A DNA stretch of 7,653 nt from Candidatus Jordarchaeales archaeon (lineage in GTDB: Archaea; Asgardarchaeota; Jordiarchaeia; Jordiarchaeales; Freyrarchaeaceae), in contig JAWCFL010000013.1 in NCBI GenBank assembly GCA_038858525.1, positions 40,764-48,416 on the forward strand. The letters run 5' to 3'. A program made the translations under genes and the position numbers. Within the stretch, counting starts at the first letter, position 1. Every line of letters begins with the position of its first letter. Shown piece after piece: positions 1 to 6,234 of this stretch. The notes under the pieces were generated by a model. The model was not told where the DNA came from. It saw only the letters and a program-made list of their open reading frames with translations, and did not search any database.

Positions 1-1651
1 TCCGTCTCTTCCTGACTTTCTCCACTTCAATGTGGCGGATTATCCTTTCGAAGTAAGCTTCAACAGCCTCATGGGGATATATTATGTCTCCAACTTTCCA
101 AGCATCTACCCGCCTCAAATCCTCCCTGAAGAAGAGATCCTCGACTTTCTTCTGGTCTGAGCGTGAAAGGTCGAAGCCGTCAGAGTCGAAGAGCCTTATG
201 CAAACTTTTTTCGCGTTATCTTGACTTATCGATATGAAAACGCCGCCATCCGTCCTGAATGACTGTATCGCTGCCTCGACTATTGGGACCGGTTGAACTT
301 TCATGTTGTAAACGTTGACGCCCGCCGACTGCAGGCCAGCTATTATTGCCCTTTTCACCATGCGCGACGCGATATGGGAGTCCCTGCCAACCACGACCGT
401 GCATCCTTCTCCGAGGTAGGTGGCGAAGGCTGACCCAAGCTTCGTGGCGAACTCCGGCGTGACCTCTATGTTTACCAGACCCTGTATTCCGTACTCCGTG
501 AAGAGGCTCTTCTTCCACATGACGCCCCACTTGAGGTTCATGTTAACGACGGCGTTCTTCTCCACAACCTTATCCGGCCAAACGTAAACTTCAGGCATGA
601 CTTTGGCTCCGGGACCAAATATGCAGTCGTCTCCTATGACGGCTCCTTCAAGGATCTGCGCTCTTTCTCCAACCTCACAGCGGGCGCCGACAACGCATCC
701 CCTCAGCTCAGCTCCCCTATGGATCGACGTGTTGCCCCAAACTATGGAACGCGAGACAAATGCCTTCGCTGCGACGTAGCATCCTCCACCTATAATGCTG
801 AACCTGTCTATGACAGCGCCTTCATCCACTCTGCAGAACCTGCCTATGACGACCGGTGGACGGACGTCGCATGCGTCGGGGAGCTCTGTTCCCTCTCCAA
901 CCCAGACACCCTCCCTAACCTGCCTGTGAGGTATCTCAACGTTGACCCGCCCCCTGAGTATGTCGTAGTTAGCTTGAATGTATTTTTGGGGGTTCCCTAT
1001 GTCTATCCAGTACTCCTTCATACGGTAACCGAAAAGCCTCTTCCCATCCTTGAGGAGGCGGGGGAACAAGTCTTTACTGAAGTCGTATTCCTTCCCGTTT
1101 GGAATGTAGCTGAAGACTTCGGGCTCTATCACGTATGTTCCTGTGTTTACGAGGTCGCTGAAAACTTCTCCCCACCCTGGCTTCTCGAGAAACTTCTGTA
1201 TTCTCCCGCTGTCGTCCGTCATCACTATGCCGTATGCGACGGGGTTGTCAACGCGCGTCAGGGCTATGGTGATCATTGCATCGTTCTCTTCATGTGTTCT
1301 CACGAGGCGGGTTATGTCTATGTCTGTTAGGACGTCACCGCTCATCACGATGAACGTGTCATCGATCTGTTCTTCGAGAAGCTTGACTCCTCCAGCTGTG
1401 CCGAGCGGCTCCTCCTCGTGCGAGTAGATTATGCTTACGCCGTACCTTGAACCGTCCCCGAAGAACTTCTCTATCTTGTCCCCGAGGTAGCTGACTGTGA
1501 CCATTATGTCTCTTACACCATGCTTCTTGAGAAGTTTTATCGTGTGCTCCATCATTGGTGCATCAACTATGGGGACTATCGGCTTCGGAATGTTAACCGT
1601 CAAAGGTCTCAGTCTAGTCCCCTTTCCTCCCGCCATTATCACGGCCTGCAA
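1..1651 (-). CDS. Sugar-phosphate (mannose-1-phosphate guanylyl-type) nucleotidyltransferase + left-handed beta-helix + phosphoglucomutase/phosphomannomutase-like domain fusion; 3' end runs off the window
   Basis: Manual minus-strand translation from TTG at 1651: MQAVIMAGGKGTRLRPLTVNIPKPIVPIVD (GGxGTRLxPLT..PKP motif), EEEPLGTAGGVK, SGDVLTD, FLEKPGWGEVFSDLVNTGTY, YWIDIG, hexapeptide repeats (VVGARCEVGERAQILEGAVIGDDCIFGPGAKV). PGM-like start SLFTEYGIQGLVNIEVTPEFATKLGSAF...VVVGRDSH at about aa 383. GAGGGGT RBS-like motif 6 nt upstream of the TTG. Both ends are in the same frame (550 codons in the window). Missing from the ORF track, presumably because no stop lies in the window. Confidence 0.92.
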   Translation of the reverse strand, partial: MQAVIMAGGKGTRLRPLTVNIPKPIVPIVDAPMMEHTIKLLKKHGVRDIMVTVSYLGDKIEKFFGDGSRYGVSIIYSHEEEPLGTAGGVKLLEEQIDDTFIVMSGDVLTDIDITRLVRTHEENDAMITIALTRVDNPVAYGIVMTDDSGRIQKFLEKPGWGEVFSDLVNTGTYVIEPEVFSYIPNGKEYDFSKDLFPRLLKDGKRLFGYRMKEYWIDIGNPQKYIQANYDILRGRVNVEIPHRQVREGVWVGEGTELPDACDVRPPVVIGRFCRVDEGAVIDRFSIIGGGCYVAAKAFVSRSIVWGNTSIHRGAELRGCVVGARCEVGERAQILEGAVIGDDCIFGPGAKVMPEVYVWPDKVVEKNAVVNMNLKWGVMWKKSLFTEYGIQGLVNIEVTPEFATKLGSAFATYLGEGCTVVVGRDSHIASRMVKRAIIAGLQSAGVNVYNMKVQPVPIVEAAIQSFRTDGGVFISISQDNAKKVCIRLFDSDGFDLSRSDQKKVEDLFFREDLRRVDAWKVGDIIYPHEAVEAYFERIIRHIEVEKVRKRR

Positions 1652-1810
1652 CCCGTAACCCCTCTCGCGAAGGGACTATTTAAAATAAAGCGTGTAGTCT
1701 TCCTTTTAAAAAGGTATCCTTAGCATGATGCATCCTTTTTGAGACGGGTGCTGTTTTAGCCGGATGCGATGCAAACATTAATAACTGGGTTGCGCACAGT
1801 TTAGTGTGAG

Positions 1811-1818
1811 TTTAAAAA
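1811..1818 (+). promoter_or_regulatory. Putative TATA box (TTTAAAAA) for the Zn-ribbon/abfD-like unit
   Basis: TTTAAAAA begins 25 nt upstream of ATG 1836, the typical archaeal TATA-to-TSS distance for a leaderless or short-leader transcript. Confidence 0.45.
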
Positions 1819-1835
1819 ATAAATTGGTGTCTCAA

Positions 1836-2165
1836 ATGCCGCAGGAAGAACAGACGAAGAACATGCCATCCAAGGTTTACGCTCCCCTAGGCACTAGGGG
1901 GAGAGAAGCTATCTCCATAAAGGAGTGCCTCAAGTGTGGAGGCGAGAACACCGTTGAAGTCGTGGATTTTAGCAGCAACGACGAAACCTCAGGGGAAAAC
2001 ATACTCGAAACCCTAGACTACACTGTAAAGTGCACCAAGTGTGAGGAAACATACGTTGTCAGGGTAAGGTCAATGTACCTTGAAGACAAGAAAGAGGAGA
2101 ACAGACTCGTATCCACGGTCTTCATAGTAGAAAACAACCAGGAGTACTGGCTTGGAGTACTTTAA
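1836..2165 (+). CDS. Hypothetical Zn-ribbon protein (CxxC-x31-CxxC)
   Basis: CLKC...CTKC pairs in a beta-rich acidic protein, with codon style matching its neighbours. ATG 1836 is preferred over GTG 1806 because the TATA-like box lies between them and GGTG precedes 1836. ATG 1863 is also possible. Confidence 0.7.
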   Translation: MPQEEQTKNMPSKVYAPLGTRGREAISIKECLKCGGENTVEVVDFSSNDETSGENILETLDYTVKCTKCEETYVVRVRSMYLEDKKEENRLVSTVFIVENNQEYWLGVL

Positions 2166-2241
2166 AAACCCTGAAGTGTTGAAAACGCTTAAGTAGTGGA
2201 GTTGTTGAAGTCTTGAATTAGACCTTAAGGGTGGGGATGGA

Positions 2242-3669
2242 GTGAGAACCCCTGAAGAGTACCGGGAAAGTTTATTCAAAATGAAGCCCAACATTTACCT
2301 TGAAGGAAAAAGGGTTGGAAGAGACGCTCCGGCGCTTCAAGGAGGAATAGGCGTCATATCTAAGACGTTCGAGCTAGTGGACAATCCGGAATTCAAAGAC
2401 CTGCTTGTGGCGACATCCCACATAACGGGAGGAAAGATAAACAGGTTCACTCACGTAAACCGTAGCCCCGAGGACCTCCTCAAGAAGCAAGAGATGATAA
2501 GGAAACTCTGCCACCTCACCGGAGGATGCATACAGAGGTGCATGGGATGCGACGCTATAAATGCTCTCTCCGTCATAACATACGAGGTTGACCAAGCCTT
2601 CGGAACAGACTACTACAAGCACTTCCTCAAGTACCTTGAGTACTTCCAGAAAAACGACCTCGTAGCTGCCGGCGCCCAGACCGATGTTAAGGGGGACAGG
2701 AGCCTCAGGCCGCACCAGCAAAAAGACCCAGACCTTTACGTGCGCGTGGTAAAGAAGACGGATGAGGGCATAGTAGTTAGAGGAGCAAAAAACCACATAA
2801 CCATGGCTGCCTACGCGGATGAAATCATAGTGCTACCAACAAGAATAATGACGAAGGAAGACGCAGACTGGTCAGTTTCCTTCGCCATACCAGCCGACAC
2901 GGAAGGGGTCAAGCTCATCACTAGGGCCTCTTCCTTCAGGCCGCGGAAAAAATTCAAGGCGCCCATAGCTGAAATAGGCTCAACGGACTCGTTCGTCGTA
3001 TTCGAGGACGTTTTCGTTCCGTGGGAGCGAGTCTTCCTCTGCGGCGAGTGGCAGTTTGCAGGGCTACTAGCACACCTCTTCGCCTTGTTCCACAGGCATA
3101 GCTATACCGGATGCAAGCCAGCACTATTCGATATACTCATGGGGGCAGCCGCACTGGTAGCAGACTACAACGGGGTGGCGGACAAGCCTCACGTCAGGTC
3201 GAAACTCGCCCACCTGGTTAGCCTAAGCGAGCTAGTCTACGCTGCAGGGATAGCTTCAGCCGTTAAGTCGCAGACCTATGGGTCAGGAACATGCGTGCCA
3301 AACGTAGTCTACGCAAACGTTGGCAGGAGACACGCAGGACTAAACGCCCACAACGCAATAGAAATCCTAACAGACCTCGCAGGAGGACTCCCAGCAACGT
3401 TGCCCTACGAGGAGGAATTCATAAACCCTGAAACAGCACCTCTAATGGAGAAATACATAGCCAGACGCTCAGAGGTCCCACCAGAAAACGTCCACCGCTG
3501 CTTCAGAATGCTCTCCGACATGCTGTGCTCCTCTCTGGGAGGAGTCATGGCGGTCGCAGACGTCCACGGAGGAGGCTCCCCCGTAATGGAGGAGATAGCG
3601 ATAATGGCAACATACGACATAGAGGAAAAGAAGAAAATAGCAAAATACCTCGCGGGAATAAAAGACTAA
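2242..3669 (+). CDS. abfD: 4-hydroxybutyryl-CoA dehydratase / vinylacetyl-CoA isomerase (AbfD)-like [4Fe-4S]/FAD protein, HpaB/4HBD superfamily
   Basis: 475 aa. Motifs INRFTH, GGCIQRCMGCD (C96, C100), QTDVKGDRSLRPHQQ.DPDLY, GIVVRGAKNHIT, VVFEDVFVPWERVF, HRHSYTGCK (H284, C291) and HGGGSP. All four cluster ligands of 4HBD are positionally present. The symbol denotes the family; exact substrate is unproven. Confidence 0.85.
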   Translation: MRTPEEYRESLFKMKPNIYLEGKRVGRDAPALQGGIGVISKTFELVDNPEFKDLLVATSHITGGKINRFTHVNRSPEDLLKKQEMIRKLCHLTGGCIQRCMGCDAINALSVITYEVDQAFGTDYYKHFLKYLEYFQKNDLVAAGAQTDVKGDRSLRPHQQKDPDLYVRVVKKTDEGIVVRGAKNHITMAAYADEIIVLPTRIMTKEDADWSVSFAIPADTEGVKLITRASSFRPRKKFKAPIAEIGSTDSFVVFEDVFVPWERVFLCGEWQFAGLLAHLFALFHRHSYTGCKPALFDILMGAAALVADYNGVADKPHVRSKLAHLVSLSELVYAAGIASAVKSQTYGSGTCVPNVVYANVGRRHAGLNAHNAIEILTDLAGGLPATLPYEEEFINPETAPLMEKYIARRSEVPPENVHRCFRMLSDMLCSSLGGVMAVADVHGGGSPVMEEIAIMATYDIEEKKKIAKYLAGIKD

Positions 3670-3961
3670 AAACACCAGCCAACCGAGTAGCTCTACAGCA
3701 ATAATCTAGCAGGTTAAACACAGCCAACACAAGAAGATAGTAACTCTAACTTATCCATATTTATTTTTTAGAAAGAAAAGTTCACCTGTAAAAATTGTGA
3801 AGTTATTTCTGGCTTCATCTTAATTATTTAACTTTCACTGGAGCAAGTCCACTTCTAGTGGAAGAAATGAAAAAACTGGGAAGCGAGGAGAAGTTGACAG
3901 GTAAAAAAGAATAAAAGAGAGATAAAGTAAATGTATCTTTCGCTTAACTTTTAGAGGAAAG

Positions 3962-4333
3962 GTGAGTGAGCTGCAGCCGGCGCTTAAGGGCATAATAACG
4001 ACAGTTAAGAGGTCTTCGCCGAGTATTCATTCGATCTTCGTGATAGACCAGGAGGGAAATGTCTCTTCGGCTTCAGATCTTCCGCCAACTTCTTCTGAAT
4101 TTCCATTTTTCTCGTCTTTGCTGTCAATCGCCCAACGAATAGCGTCAGGATTCGATTTAGGAGAAGTTAACCATGTTTTCCTAGAAGGAAAAGACAAAAG
4201 CATAATACTCATGAAGGCGACTGACAAAAGCAGTATTGTTGCACTCGTGGAAAGCAACGTGTTTGTCCCCCAAGTGCTCGTTGGCCTTAAAATGATCGCA
4301 AGCTACCTCGAATCCCTTGAAGAGTCTAAATGA
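3962..4333 (+). CDS. Roadblock/LC7 (MglB-like) domain protein
   Basis: 123 aa with the roadblock layout: N-terminal helix, IHSIFVIDQEG (vvd.dG), SSLLSIAQRIASGFDLGEVNHVFLEGKDKSIILM (a...L..G.l..v.ie...g.i.l), SIVAL, C-terminal helix. GAGGA lies just upstream of the GTG. Confidence 0.8.
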   Translation: MSELQPALKGIITTVKRSSPSIHSIFVIDQEGNVSSASDLPPTSSEFPFFSSLLSIAQRIASGFDLGEVNHVFLEGKDKSIILMKATDKSSIVALVESNVFVPQVLVGLKMIASYLESLEESK

Positions 4334-4482
4334 AGAATGAAGAGTGGAAAGCAGGAGCTTCCTTGAGCACATCGCATTAATTTACAGACAAAAAGGCGAC
4401 AACCAGCCTTCATCACCTAGGTAGAACGCCAGAATCTCATTCAAATGGGAGATGAGTGCTGAGGTTGCGGTTTAACGACAAA

Positions 4483-4490
4483 TTTAAATA
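4483..4490 (+). promoter_or_regulatory. Putative TATA box (TTTAAATA) with upstream purine-rich BRE; GGAGGAG RBS at 4525-4531
   Basis: CGACAAA-TTTAAATA lies about 47-54 nt upstream of GTG 4537. A strong SD sits 5 nt before the start, consistent with a leadered transcript. Confidence 0.6.
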
Positions 4491-4536
4491 AAGAACGTAA
4501 GATGTTGATTCGAAACCGACCATTGGAGGAGTTGCC

Positions 4537-6039
4537 GTGAGTTATAACCACGTTACGCCCGACATAGTTAAAACGCTTGAAAGTATAGTGGGGAAAGAGT
4601 ACGTTTCAGCAGACGTAGCAATGAGGCACAGCTACCTCTCAAGGGGCATAATGGGGCTCGAAGCGACAACGCCTGAAGTAGTAGTAAGGCCGAGGTATGT
4701 GGAGGAAGTGCGGAAAGTCCTCATTCTCGCAAACGAAAACCACATACCTGTAACCCCCGCTGCAGGAGGATTAAGCGGCGGTTACGCGGCACCCCTCATT
4801 CAACCCGGAGGAATACTATTAGACCTCTCACGAATGGACCGCATAATAGAAGTTAACACCGACGCTAGGTACGTTGTTCTCGAGCCGGGAGTAAGGAGCG
4901 GCAAGGTCTGGGCGTACTTCAGAAAGGCAATGTGAAATTGCCCTGAAAAATACTACCCAGACTGGGCGCCCCCGGTTCCCGACGGCGCACCGCCAGCTGC
5001 AACCGTGGTAGGCGATGCTATTGAAAGAGGATTCAGCATGGTAACCGCAAGATATGGTCCACAGGCAGACATGGTTCTCGGCATGGAGGTCGTCCTTCCC
5101 ACAGGCGAAATAGTCAGGACGGGGAGCTGGGCTCTGCCTGGAGCAAAGCCCTTCTACAGGTGGGGTCTGGGGCCAAACTTCGACGGGCTCTTCTTAGGGT
5201 CCCAAGGAACAATGGGTGTCGTCACAAAGCTAGCCATAAAAATAGTTCCCCACCCACACTACAAGACGATAGTTGCCTACGGCATGGACAACCCATACGA
5301 CATGCAGGACTTCACGCTGGAAGTCTCCAAGTACGAGCTCGGCATAGCGGACCACCTAGTGATGGTTCAGGGAGGAAACTGGCCGCTCGTCATGACTAGG
5401 TGGCCGAAAGAAAAGGTTCCAACAGACTACGAGTTCTACAAGAAGCTCGGCATACCCCCATGGTGGATGAACTTCGAAATATGGTGTCACAGCAAGGAAG
5501 AGCTCGACTTCACAGTCAACAAGATACATGAGCTAGCTAAGGAGTACAACGCTAAAACCGGGCATGAAATAAAGGAATGGAAGCTGCACCCCAAGCAGAT
5601 AGCCAGCAGGCTCAAGAAGCCCAACAAGATAGCCATACCCTACTCGCTGTGGAAGGCTGGATTCCTATTCATCACGTGGTACACGCCTTGGAAGGATTGC
5701 GCCGAGTTCGCCGAGATCTACAACCAGAAGCTTGAGGAGTACGGGTTCCCGCCGGTAATGTGGATAGCTAGCATTGACCACTGCAGGCAAGCTATATGCA
5801 TGCCGATAGTTTGCTTCGACTACACTAACCCGGAAGACGTGCAACGCGTGCAGGAAGTTAACCGAATCACTACGGAGATATTCCTGGACAAAGGATGGTT
5901 GAACTACAGGCCTGACCCATACGTGCACGCTCCACTAACATTCGCCAGGGCGAAAGCGTACTATGACCTGCTCGTAAGACTGCGAAAAGTCATTGACCCC
6001 AACATGATAATGCACCCAGGCAGACTAGCAATGCCCTAA
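4537..6039 (+). CDS. FAD-binding oxidoreductase, VAO/PCMH/GlcD family; join(4537..4924,4949..6039), 492 aa after removal of a 24-nt intron
   Basis: Exon 1 has the FAD_binding_4 N-half (PEVVVRP...V.KVL.LAN...IPVTP..GG.SGG, GGILLDLSRMDRIIEVN.DARYVVLEPGV). Exon 2 continues in the same frame with YYPDWAPPVPDGAPPAATVVGDAIERG, YG...DMVLGMEVVLPTGEIVRTGS, DGLFLGSQGTMGVVTK and the C-terminal IDPNMIMHPGR. The two track ORFs are complementary halves of one domain in the same frame. Confidence 0.88.
4925..4948 (+). other. Putative 24-nt bulge-helix-bulge (EndA-type) mRNA intron
   Basis: Central 4-bp helix TCAG(4919-22)/CTGA(4943-46). 3-nt bulges AAA(4923-25) and AAA(4947-49), each 3' of the helix on its strand. 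Inner stem GGCAAT(4926-31)/ATTGCC(4937-42) with loop GTGAA containing the in-frame TGA. Outer pairing T4918-A4950, GTA/TAC and GTCTGGG(4906-12)/CCCAGAC(4956-62). Cuts after the 2nd bulge nucleotide give ...TTC AGA A|AA TAC... = FRKYYP, in frame. Confidence 0.8.
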
Positions 6040-6045
6040 AACAGC

Positions 6046-6062
6046 TCTCTCTTTTCATTTTT
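6046..6062 (+). terminator. Pyrimidine/T-rich archaeal terminator-like tract
   Basis: CTCTCTCTTTTCATTTTT starts 7 nt after the TAA of the oxidoreductase. Confidence 0.45.
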
Positions 6063-6234
6063 ATAGCGAAGTTTCTTCTTAGTTTGGGAACTTCCTTTCG
6101 TTGAACGCCAAGTTAGGCGCGGTTTGCTGGTTTGATTTCGTCTCTCATCTTTTTAATTTATTATCCCATTTTCTTCTGGCGACCGTTAAGCCAAGTATGT
6201 TTTCAATCATACCTTTTGAAGTAAATGATCTATT

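Noticed and set aside
1702-1714. Palindrome CCTTTTAAAAAGG in the divergent promoter region
   Set aside because: Probably a TATA element or low-complexity A/T tract; cannot be assigned a specific role.
216-1723. Track ORFs 216..530, 597..779, 719..1330, 1143..1427, 1520..1723
   Set aside because: Shadow frames of the real minus-strand nucleotidyltransferase fusion, with no recognisable motifs.
3669-3728. Imperfect direct repeat AAACAC(C)AGCCAAC x2; CRISPR-like?
   Set aside because: Only two short copies about 46 nt apart, no array and no cas genes; could be chance or a small duplication.
2070-3730. Minus-strand ORFs 2070..2294, 2374..2796, 3405..3620, 3469..3675, 3545..3730
   Set aside because: Antisense shadows of the Zn-ribbon and abfD-like genes.
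3848-3862. Inverted repeat TCCACT-TCT-AGTGGA upstream of the roadblock gene
   Set aside because: A single 6-bp arm IR with no second copy is too weak to call an operator.
4027-4372. Minus-strand ORFs 4027..4257 and 4181..4372
   Set aside because: Antisense to the roadblock gene, with no motifs.
4933-4935. In-frame TGA as selenocysteine (U-N-C) or stop read-through
   Set aside because: VAO/GlcD-family enzymes have no Cys at this site that I know of. I saw no SECIS-like structure after 6039. Read-through would add 8 residues to a normally compact segment. The exact BHB geometry explains the insert better. Not formally excluded.
5160-5928. ORFs 5160..5399 (+) and 5665..5928 (-)
   Set aside because: Alternative-frame or antisense shadows of the oxidoreductase.
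5005-6039. Separate gene starting at GTG 5005 (and 4537..4935 as another gene)
   Set aside because: It would split the FAD-binding domain mid-fold. There is no SD before 5005, and the upstream in-frame codons (YYPDWAPPVPDGAPPAAT) are clearly part of the protein.
6068-6094. Imperfect IR GAAGTTTC-N11-GGAACTTC as a dif/att site
   Set aside because: Spacing does not match the 11-6-11 Xer-type architecture; more likely a chance or terminator-associated hairpin.
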